64,000 nucleotides of DNA from Glaucostegus cemiculus (lineage: Eukaryota), in assembly GCA_976551045.1 (NCBI GenBank), contig CDPCPM010000043.1, positions 2,976,001-3,040,000 on the forward strand, read 5' to 3'. Positions within the stretch are counted from its first letter, which is position 1. Each line of letters starts with the position of its first letter. The translations under genes and the position numbers were made by a program. Positions 1-10,400 of the stretch are shown in pieces. The notes under the pieces were generated by a model. It ran no database searches. It was not told the DNA's origin and saw only the letters and a program-made list of their open reading frames with translations.

Positions 1-439
1 ACTTTTCTTTCATATTAAGTTCAGTTTAAACTATAGCCTAACATAAGAATTTCAATAACAGCAGCAAATATCTACAAAACTGGACAAAAAGAGGAAGCAG
101 GGAAAAGATTAGAGAAAGAGGCAAATTATTTTATGCATAAGTAAAGCCCTTTTAAACATTGTATGATGAAGATTCCCCTGAGGTCAAGTATTTACAGTTT
201 CTCACTGAGGCTGCTATGTGTTGGCAAGCATTTCAATCTCATAGGTCATTGCACATAGTTGGTTGCATCAATTTAGTTGACTTACGAGATATCCACTGTA
301 CATACTGCCAGCTGAAACTCTTTTGTCAAGAACAAGAGCTGAGCCGAGTTCCCCTTCTGTATCACAAAGTTACAACATAGCTTCTTTTTCTGCGGTGGTG
401 ATAGCACATGATGTTCTGGAGGCAGCTTATGGTGTCTAA

Positions 440-1230
440 TATGGGCACATAAGTGTTGACCATATTGGCTGGAATGGATTGGAGGGCAAATTTTTTTATG
501 ATATGTTACATTATTTGACTTCTACTGCTGCAGTCTACCAGGACTTTGCATTTCACTCAATGTAAAAGATGGTCAAACTTCCTTTATCAAGTTCAAATCC
601 CATTTAGGGTTATCTTTGGAAAGTCTAGTCAAGTACCAATGAGGTCTTTGTTCAGGATATGTTGTTCCATTGAGATTTCCTATTGTTCCATTCTATTAAA
701 CAAGGGTATGTCATTGAAGTCATCATGGTGGCTATTTGAGTTCCTATCGTAGTGTGCCTTCCATTTTGTGATGGATTGGATTATAGGTGTACAAAGATAT
801 AATTAACAAAATGAGCAATAGAGGATTCTTTCCTCATGTCTTCAGGATCACAGTTTGCTTGTGTTAGGAGCCAGTTTACTTAAGTACTCGGGTGTTGTAA
901 CACATGGCTGTGTTTAGTTGCATGTCTAGTGTCTTGTGTGGTGACAGTCATCCATACGGGAGTGCAGCTCTCCATTGTGGAGTACACAAAGGCCAAAACA
1001 GCCATTTGCAGGGTCTTTGCTCTTTGGATTCTGCAGGAGGCTTATCTACATCTTCAGCTTTCCCCTAGACATTAACTTACTTGAAGATGAAGTGATAATC
1101 GAGCTATATTCATCAGTACCTTCCAAAGTCCATATATTTCACCTTCTGCCAGAAGGAGTTAACATCTAGTTTATGAGCAGCAGATTTATTGTGGAGGTGT
1201 ATGGATAATAAATGCTGGTTTTTGTTAGCC
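440..1230 (-). mobile_element. Highly degenerate Vingi/Ingi-like LINE, 3' part of the RT ORF
   Basis: Broken-frame peptides HLHNKSAAHKLDV, AKTLQMAVLAFVYSTMESCTPVW, LDMQLNTAM, NWLLTQAN and DCSSRSQIM*HII occur in the order of Vingi ORF motifs; boundaries approximate. Confidence 0.6.
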
Positions 1231-1474
1231 TGTGGAATGAATTAAAAAGTAGTTGTTTTCAAATAAAATCTTAAAATCTGTAACCTAATTTGCAAGCTTG
1301 ACTAATAATGGAACAAAAAAATTACAGCATTCAAGAAATACATAAAATGTAGGATTTTTTAAATTATTAGCATTCTTTTAAAATATGATAAAATGAAATA
1401 CCTTGGCCAGTGAGTGATAATACAGCTTTTTGATATTTATAACATTCTTCTCTTCTGTACTGTTATGTTCATAG

Positions 1475-1585
1475 ACCTCTGTCGTGGAGATTGTTACTCT
1501 CAATTTCGAGCTTATTGAAACAACCTGTCCTAACAGTAATGAGACTGTAACTGACACGTGTGGTCCAAAGATCCCTGCAACAGCA
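1475..1585 (+). CDS. Internal exon of a cystatin-superfamily (SPP2/Spp24- or cathelicidin-like) gene
   Basis: Pyrimidine tract + catag|ACC...GCA|gtaagt; phase 0-0; 111 nt; TSVVEIVTLNFELIETTCPNSNETVTDTCGPKIPATA, with the LxFxxxETTC-X10-C cystatin motif. Confidence 0.82.
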
Positions 1586-1732
1586 GTAAGTTGCTGGCAT
1601 TGTAGTTTTAATTGCCTTTTACTGCATTTTGTATCAGATAATGTAGACCACTGCTTTGAAGACTACATCTAGCTATACTTTGAGGCTTTATTCATAGTAC
1701 CAGATTTAATCTGTCATATTTATTCTATGTAG

Positions 1733-1846
1733 GGTTCAGCTATCTGTTTAACTACACAGAACAATGACATCTTTGGAAAACTAATATACCACAAGTTACA
1801 GTGCAACGTGACACAAGATTGGAAAGTCTATATACTCAATTACACG
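1733..1846 (+). CDS. Next exon of the cystatin-fold gene (second disulfide)
   Basis: tgtag|GGT...ACG|gtaaac; phase 0-0; 114 nt; GSAICLTTQNNDIFGKLIYHKLQCNVTQDWKVYILNYT; starts with xxAxC as the matching SPP2 exon does; donor position less certain. Confidence 0.75.
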
Positions 1847-2189
1847 GTAAACTCTGATTAATTTTTTAAAAATACATAATTTTCCACATATTTATTTTTA
1901 GAGCTTTACCCAGTGGCCCAGCAGTTTAAGATGGTGAGAACCTTACAGACCTAGAAAATCCAGTCTGTGCTATGTTAGTGAAAATCAACAGTATATCAGT
2001 TGGAATGCTGCACTTTGCAAACCTTGCTATGGGATAAAATTGGCAGTCTTTGCTGATCACTGTCCTTTTGAAAGGGTAGCTTTGTGTATCCTCTTTTTCT
2101 TCTTTTTTTCTTACCTTCTTAGTCCCTCAAAGTTGAGGATGACTTTCTTTTCCCCTTACAATGGCCAATTAATCTCTCCATCCAAAAAC

Positions 2190-2365
2190 GTTTGGATTAA
2201 TTGGCCATTGTAAATTGCCAATAGTGTGTAGGTGAGAAGTAGTATCTGGGGAATGCTGGAAAAGTGGAGAGAATAAAATGGAATCAGTATAAGATTAATG
2301 TAAATGAGTGCTTGATGGTCAACACAGACTCAGTGAGCTCAAGGGCACATGTGCTGTATGACTCC
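2190..2365 (+). mobile_element. Degenerate SINE 3' fragment (HE1-like)
   Basis: ggattaattggccattgtaaattgcc...gtgtgtagg body with a CR1-type tail ending gtgctgtatgactc. Confidence 0.5.
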
Positions 2366-4318
2366 AAGATGTAAGTGCATGATTTCATTATCTCAGCAAC
2401 CTTGTACAAACATAAAACTTCATGCCTCATCTGCTCCTAAGTGAGGCTGTATTAACATCCTTCAATTCCACCAAGTACATTTCATTAATTTAAATTAAGC
2501 CTCACTGGAAATCCTGTAAAACCTCTTAGTTGCAGATGAAGTAGCTCCATTCAACAATGTTTAGCGAGATAAAGTACATCTTTAAGGCCACCCAGAAAAC
2601 ATTCCAATCTGAAACACTTACACTTTCGGCACTTTTCTAGTGAATTATATGCATCTCCAGAATATGCAGCCTGAGTACAGGTGTGGCTGCAGCCAATATG
2701 CTCTGTTCCTAACATAATATTGCAATTATAATTGGAAGTAGTAATTCCTCATCAATGGGGTGGGAATGCCATCAGGAAGAGTTGCTTTTTTATGCTCCAA
2801 TATGTATTTCAAAGTGGTGTGGCAAAATTTGGGAGGAACTATTTGCATTCTTTTAAAATGACTGAATTTTAATGGCTTTGGTTAAGGACATTATTGAAGG
2901 ATAATATACATTTTAATATTGTTACCACCCAATTGATTTGTTTACTTAAACACCTCTAACCTAGTACTCACTGCAATAAAAGTGTGACACTATTGTAATG
3001 TCCAAAGTACAAAATAGCTGGCAGATTAAATTTTCATCTCTTTAATTATATGGCAGCCAAAGTTGGTCTTTACAAGAATAATTCATTCAATTTTTTTTAG
3101 CTTTGATTCCCTTTCACAAAACTGTGTTGACTTTGCCTGATTGCCTTAATTTTTTTTCTGTGGCCTACTCTAACATCCTCATTAAATCTTCGAACATTTC
3201 CCTGTGATGCATTAACTGGCCTTAGTTTTCTGAATTTCTGATGATGTACAATGAAATAAAATTACTGTTGGATAAATAGATTAAGATATTAATATTTTCT
3301 TTGTAAACCCTGCAAAAAAGCTGCTAGTGAAGTCAAGAAACAAAATTAGCGAATAACCTTATGACTTGTATGTATATATATTTTAAGATCTATGCGCCTT
3401 ATTCCCTTTAACAAAATCTTAATGTTTAAAGTTCAATTGACTCGGCATCAAAGCCTTAAAAGAGAATTGTGCAACAACATACTACAACCCTTTGTCTGCA
3501 AACTACTTCCTGATATTTCCACTGGAAAGGTTTAGTTCTATTTTAAGATAATTTCTTCTTGCTCTTAATTTCCCTACCAGAGCCAATAGCTATCCTATAT
3601 CTTGCCTAGAAAATCCTCTTAACATCTGTAAAATGTCACTGATATAATGATTTTTCTCTGAACATAATGAATTTTGCAGGAAGAGAGGATAAACTGCCCA
3701 GCACATGAAGCAAACAGATCATATTGGCATCCATGTATCTGTTATTAGTGGAGGGAATGTACTTCCATTGAAGAAATATTTGCATAATGTCTCATTGTAT
3801 TTTTGTATTGCATTTGTTGTGCCTATTTTAAAGATCAAGGCTGGTCCTTCACAGAAACGGCAGAGGTTTCCCTATAAGTAGAAATATTGATTTAGCAATA
3901 GCAGTTCTTGCTAGTTTCTTCTAAACTGGAACTGAAAACTTACAAACATTTTCTAATTTTCATGCTTTGCTCACTAATGTCAATCAGTCTCCAATTCACA
4001 TCAAGATTTTATGTCCGAGCAATTAGACCTTTGGGCTTAAAAAACAGGGGTCTTAAATACAGCTGCAGTAGAACAATAATTTATGCATTAGATGGTGTGC
4101 ACCTGCCATATCATCTGCCTGTCACTTATAATCCAGTTGTTACTAGAAAGATAAACTAATATTATGAAATGACTGACTTAATGGAAATCATATTTCAAAG
4201 CTTACTTTTTGTCTGGATCCTCTCAATAATGTAGTCAGTAATGCAATACAAATATAAAGCTTTAAATATGTTATTTGTCCCAGTTTATACTTATGGTTAC
4301 TTACCATCCTGTATCTAG

Positions 4319-4537
4319 GAAGTCTCCAGGAATGAAACTAATTACTTAAAAGAGTTGCAGCCCAAGGAGTTGGCGATATCTGAAATCACAATCAAAACTT
4401 CTGTTGAACCTGAAACAGAACACCCAACTGAGGCTCCCGCAGGACCCCAAAGCTCAGAAAAACCAATAATCTTGCTGGAAGAGTCTAGGCCCACTGTAGC
4501 AATTGAAATCACTGATTCTGAACTAATAGATGAATAA
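4319..4537 (+). CDS. Probable terminal coding exon of the cystatin-fold gene; acidic E/T/S/P-rich tail
   Basis: The frame opens exactly at tctag|GAA in phase 0; EVSRNETNYLKELQPKELAISEITIKTSVEPETEHPTEAPAGPQSSEKPIILLEESRPTVAIEITDSELIDE*; polyA signals follow. Confidence 0.62.
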   Translation, partial: EVSRNETNYLKELQPKELAISEITIKTSVEPETEHPTEAPAGPQSSEKPIILLEESRPTVAIEITDSELIDE

Positions 4538-4747
4538 AAACAGAGAAAGTAAATTGACAGATAGTCTAATTTTCAAATACATCTGATGATCAGATTGTGG
4601 AAGTATACTCACAGACCAGTAAAACAACTAGATTCAAGCAGTATGTTTAGTTCTCTGAAAATATGCAATACATTTTAAATACATAGCAAATCTTTGTACC
4701 TAGAAAGAGTGGTAGATGTTGATATTTCAAAAGATTTTAATGCATCC

Positions 4748-4753
4748 AATAAA
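4748..4753 (+). terminator. Candidate polyadenylation signal of the plus-strand gene
   Basis: AATAAA followed about 20-40 nt later by a GT-rich tract (ctgttctattgtgtgtttttgg); a second AATAAA overlaps the stop at 4533-4538. Confidence 0.55.
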
Positions 4754-6004
4754 TATAATTAGTAAACAGCCTGTTCTATTGTGTGTTTTTGGGATACGAA
4801 AATCGCCCACGTTTATGCCACTGATAATGCACTCTAATTGTGGATTGAGTACTCTAGTACGCACATTGTATAAAATGGCTGTGACCTATCAGATTTTAAG
4901 TGGTCAGAACCCTCATCTTATTTTAGAACTAAAACTGTCTTGTTAACATGCTTGTACTTTAAACATCATGGGGTAGAATTTTCACATGAAGTCTCCTGCT
5001 CTTCTGCATTAACATTGGAAAATGTTCAGTGGAACCTCTAGTTAAATGGTACAGATGGTTATTTATTGTATCTCCTCAGATTTCTGCGTTACTTTTGCCA
5101 GATATACCTGTGCAGTCAGAGGAAGCCCTGCAATGTATTAAATCCAACTGTATTTCACTATTGATTCATTGTAGAAAACCCCAAATGAATCTTCATTTTA
5201 GAGATCACTGTGATATTTTCATAACCTCTTAGGCCATTCAATCCATCAAATATATGCCAGCTCTCAAAGCAATGCCAGCAATTCCACTCCACTCATTTTC
5301 CTGTAACTTATTCTCTCACATGCCCATCAGTTGCCCTGTCACCCATCTACAATCATGATAGGCTAATTGGCTACAGTAAATTGAGTGTGGTATAATAAAT
5401 TGTCATGTTTTAAGATCTACATTGATTTACAGATATGCATACTGTCTCTCTGTATTAAAGCAGATTCCCAAATGACTAATATCCTTACATTGAAAAGATA
5501 ACATAAGGAGTTGGAATCTTATCAAGATTAACATGTTAGGCTAGTGGTCTTTCTGAAATGGAAACAGAAATTGCTGGAAATACTCACCTGGTTAAGCAGC
5601 ATCTATGGGCAGAGATTTGACTTGAACCATTGTTTCTTGCTCCATATGCCCTGCCTGAACTGTTACATATTTTCTGGTTTTTATTTCAGTGAATGCAATA
5701 AGAACTTAGCAATATCTTTAAGAGTTAATTGAAGGTCATTAAATTTCAATTCCTTCCCCCATACATGCAAATACCATCTATCAAAAAAAAATACCAGTTT
5801 CCCACTATTTCTTGAGAGTTCTTTGGTTTGGTACTTTTTCAGGTGATTAGGCAACACATCCAAAGCTATATGGGAAGGAAATGGTGTCATTATAGCCAAT
5901 ATGATGGACGCAGGAGTGATAAAGTTCTGACATGAATTATTCTACAGAAAAATGTTAGGCCCTCTTAAACTGGTTAAAAAAAAACATCGAAAGATGCAAA
6001 AAAC

Positions 6005-6145
6005 GAAAGAACTTTGATTTATATAAAACCTTTCACAACCTCAGCATGCCCTAATGTGCTTTACAATGGATAAAGTACCTTTGAAGTACACCACTGTTAT
6101 AAAGTAATTGAAAACTAACTGCAAAATGATAGCCACAAAGCAATA
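6005..6145 (-). mobile_element. Deu-domain SINE (SacSINE1/AmnSINE-like) 3' fragment
   Basis: The reverse complement resembles the Deu-SINE end (aacagtggtgtacttcaaaggtactt...gtgaaaggttttatataaat). Confidence 0.5.
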
Positions 6146-7097
6146 AGTAGTATCAGTGATAATAGTTTTATTGAAAGTTTTGATCTATCTCAGTAAATAA
6201 CATAGTGATATATTAAGTCACTCTATCTAATTTTAGATAATGTTACATTGCTGTTATAGCTATGCTAGGTCAATACAACACTATTTCACTCAGAAGTTAC
6301 AAACATGACCCAGCTTTCAATCAGTGGAAACAAGTTCAAAATGAACACAATTAACATCAATTTGTCATATTGAATAAGCATCATCACCAATGAATTACTG
6401 CCAGAGGACACAAATGACAGCTAGAATGAGGATTTACATTAAAACCAATATTAATGTTCAGCTAGGATATACACACTCAAACTGCAACACACTGTTATTT
6501 CTAATGGCTTTGAAGGCTTCAAAAGGTAAACTACTCAGTTTCACAAATAATCACCATCTTTTAATAAATTTCCAAACTCTGGCATTCTTTGTTGAATATG
6601 TTTTTTTTGTATTTTTGTTAGGTTTTACTGATAATAGAAAACAAAGACAACCATTGTTTGCCATTTAGGATTATACGGACAGAAATAGGCCTGTCACCTC
6701 ACCATTTGCTTTGCAATTGTGTTAACCATGGCAGAACCACCTAACATCTTTTCATATTTCCTTATACCCTTAAAACTCTCAAGTAAGTAATTGCTTTAGA
6801 ACAATAATTTTGCATTTATAGTCATTTGGAATAGTGCATACTACATTTTTACATCTTGGTGTGAAACAGTTTTTTGTCAATTTATTTTTAACTGGCTCAG
6901 TTTGATTTTTATTTTCTCTCCTAGATTCTATTTTAAAAGGAATTCAGGATTTCACATCTAACCTGTCAACCCTCTTATTTTAGACATATTTAACTTACAC
7001 AGATTTGTATGTGATGAGCACCGTTTGATATTGTTCAAATAATTGTGCAACTAGACTATAAGGACAAATACATTGCAAAGTAAATTGTACTTTTACA

Positions 7098-7103
7098 TTT
7101 ATT
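7098..7103 (-). terminator. Candidate RELN polyadenylation signal (AATAAA)
   Basis: Plus-strand tttatt about 250 nt past the stop. Other AATAAA hexamers occur near 7255 and 7311, so the site actually used is uncertain. Confidence 0.55.
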
Positions 7104-7209
7104 TATGATACGGTCACAGAAACTGACACTACAACATACCACATAGCACACAACCACAAAAAGAGTAAAAGACAATACATTTCAGAATATAAGCCACTTC
7201 ATTCATCAA

Positions 7210-7218
7210 TTCACAGTG
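7210..7218 (-). promoter_or_regulatory. Overlapping miR-128 and miR-27 8mer seed matches in the RELN 3' UTR
   Basis: mRNA strand reads CACTGTGAA = CACTGTGA (miR-128 8mer) plus ACTGTGAA (miR-27 8mer). Confidence 0.55.
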
Positions 7219-7353
7219 TGTAAAAGATGTCATATCTTATAGTCTTCAAACTATTTTATTTCATTACATTCCTATATTTGACACTGGCCCCTTATGAGAA
7301 CAGTGCTTTGTTTATTAGAATCATGAAGCATGACAGGGACGTATTGTAATTCT

Positions 7354-7450
7354 TTAAATGTTTCGTCTGAGTGACCTTCGCCTTCTGCTGTAGTAGTGCC
7401 TGAGCATATGTTGCCTTGAGAAGTTCATCATGTAGTTCTGTTTACGAGTC
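7354..7450 (-). CDS. RELN: Reelin terminal coding exon (~65), basic C-terminal region
   Basis: tgcag|G ACT CGT...ATT TAA; [31 protein letters not shown]. Confidence 0.98.
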
Positions 7451-10400
7451 CTGCAATCAAAGGAAATGAGCTGAATAAAGCACTGACACTGCAAAAGACA
7501 CTCAGAAAAACTAGCTTTCCATTTTTCAATAATGGATCTTTTTCAGCATAAGCCAACTATTGACATTCCTTGAAGCTTCTCAAATTGCCAGTGACTGCAG
7601 ACAAAAAAAAGGAATAAATACCATCTTCACAGCACAGAACTCAGATACTTACAAGACAACCTCCACATGATCTAAAGCCCATTGGTCATGACCTGCTCCA
7701 TTGTGACGTGGTTGCCACCATCTTAGTAGTACACCTTTAACTCGTGCCTCTCTGTTGCAACAAGGATCAAGATGTTAGCCAACTATTCAGAGTAATTTCA
7801 AAACATTTGAGGATATTTTGTTCTAAAACTTTTAGGAAAAGTGATTTCCTTTGTAGTATATGAATTACCCATGCAGGCCATCGTCTGGATGAAGAACGCC
7901 CGGCATATGGACATCCCTACATATGAGTGAACTCCCATAATATTATTAAATTCAGAAGTCCGCCATATGTATACACATTCGTTCCTATGAACAGCAGAAC
8001 TAGTCTCCACTTTTAGTAATTGTTCTTTCTTTCCAGTCTTGTGTTTTTGATACCATTCATTATAATACTGTGGAGGTATGTTTAGCTTATTGAGTGATTT
8101 TTGTGTATTTTCTGATTTAGGGACAAAATAGACATGAAAATCTGTAAACAAAGAACCCTTTCATTTACTGGGGTCAGCCTATAATAGGTACCATGAGACA
8201 GAATTGTTACAATTCTACTAAGCTGTTAAAATGAAGTATTTATCCTTTAATCTCAGGAGGGAAGACAGCAGTGTGCAGAATTGGAGACCTCTGTTTCATA
8301 AATGAAGCAGCAACGATGACCCTGAAGTATTTCCTAGAATTTTGCAAACTGATATTAATTTCTTTAACACAAATGCCTTCTAATTTTTTAGATTTAGTAA
8401 AATGTTTCCTTTCAATTGTAAATAGTGTCATTGATTATGTAGCACTTAATGACAGAAGTACACTTTTAATGTCTATGATGAACAATGTCATCAAAAGTAT
8501 TCAGGTGCAATTGTTTTTCAAACATAATTCTTGATCTAATTTTTCTTTATATCGAGAACATCTGTACAACTTGTACCACATGCACGAGGGAGCTGTGGAT
8601 AGCAGTAATTCCTAGCATTATGAAATAATTAAATACAACCGCCAAGACAAACCACTGAATAGACTGGTGGCCAGATCCATTATCATACAAGTCAGTGTAC
8701 ATATGACTTAAACCAGGTTAGACCGTGCTAACTGGGAAATTAGCCCAGGCACTTATGTATGCAATTCACATTAGAGCATTCAACATTTTCCAGCATCAGT
8801 TGTGCACGTATCGACTTTACAAATCATGCACTGCGTTTCCTGCTCTGTTGGCATCAATTGCAGTTTTAGTATGCAACCTATAACCTTTGTTAAATAGCCA
8901 CAGTAAAACTGGGAGTACATTGTGCTTCTTTATTACATTTTTGTCCATATAAAGAACATTTCCTTGACATTGAGACACCTGAGAATTAACTGCAGGCTGC
9001 TCAATCATCCTCCAAAGGACATGGTGTGCTTAAATTAACAGAGTTGTTAATTGATGTGAGCTGAGATACACATTTAATGAATAGTTCATTCAGGACATGC
9101 TGGCAGCATTCCATTATTATGGAGATAATGACACTGGGAAGTCAGTGAAGAGGAGGCAAACATCTGCATAGAGATGACCTTCCACTAAGTCTTCAGAGAC
9201 ACCAGAAAATATCTGCACCTCTCTGATGTAAGCACAGGCTCAAGCTTTCAATGGTTTCAGCTAAACTCTCATGGACTGCTCTCTACTTCGTGGTCAAGGT
9301 CACCTTGACTCCCAGCCACCTCACCACAGGATTTACCAAACGACCATAGTACAGCCCCGTCATGCCTCTCATTTGGTTACATTAAAGAGGTCACCAGTCA
9401 CTGCATTTGCCCAGAGATGTATTTTTATATTTTGATTTCATTAACAAACAGGTGACATCTTGGGCACAGGAATTAATCAGCCTTGCCAGCTTCCCACAGG
9501 TGCAGGCAGCCACTGACCTCACTCATGCCCAGTAAGGACTCCTCTTAATAAGCCAGGTGGTGTGCATCATCAGACCTTCCTGATGGTGAATCCTCTGTTA
9601 CTGGGAAGCACACATGATACATTCATCCTCGGAGAGAGCAAACAGCCAGATGTTTTTCATGGCCAACACTGCCAGAAGGGATGAATCTTGGGTGATGTGG
9701 GCTCCCCTTTATTTCCCTGGCTGCTGACACTAACTCACAGTCTATAATGTGAGCAACACGGGCACTAGAAGCATAGAAAAGTCTATGGTCTTCCAAGAAT
9801 TATATTCTAGTGTCCTGCACCAGTCTGGAGCTATACAACAGTTCAAGCTTAGTAAGGGAGAGACTTCATGCCACACACCCAGCAATGTGAAGACAGCAAC
9901 CGGTGCCGGAGTAAGAGCAGCATCTGGCCCTGGAGGCCGAGGGACACAAGTTACAGGCCAAAGAACAGCAGGAGGACAAGGAGCGAGAGAACAATGAAGG
10001 AAACCAGGGCAGCCCCAGCAGAGCAGGGGAAGGAGGCCTTGTTTACACAGCCGATGGAGAGAAGGTTTTCCATAAAGAGTCTGTAAAATCAACCTAGTTA
10101 AAGAGCTCAGTCTCCACATTCAACACGTAATTCACCAGTGGGAGAGCCCGACTCGCACACAGGGCTGGATCGTCGTAACCGCCCAGCTGCAGTAAGAGCT
10201 GGTGTTTGCCTGTTTCTGTGGAGCAGCTGGCAAACCAGCCAGCTCTCTGCCTCCTCACCACCTGCTCACCGGTAAGGCTGGTCCCTTACCACACTGCTGG
10301 GAGCTGGGCTCTTCCCAGGCCCCGAGCTGGTGGGTGGCTCCCGTCCCTCAGGTGAAACTGAACAAACCAGTCAAGAGACTGACTCGGGTTTGGCCTGAGG

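Noticed and set aside
159-380. ORF beginning YDEDSPEV as a possible first exon of the cystatin-fold gene
   Set aside because: No convincing splice sites or signal peptide, and the rest of the peptide does not fit a cystatin helix.
1-7000. SLC26A5 (prestin) exons expected downstream of RELN from human synteny
   Set aside because: I recognised no SLC26-like peptide on either strand; the gene may lie outside the window.
7589-7594. 6-nt TCACTG after a strong pyrimidine tract and CAG as a microexon 64 equivalent
   Set aside because: The upstream intron would be only 58 nt, the donor would be a poor GC site, and it would change Leu to Phe-His-Trp.
7798-8151. 117-aa minus-strand ORF in intron 62
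   Set aside because: No recognisable homology, and the reelin frame is complete without it.
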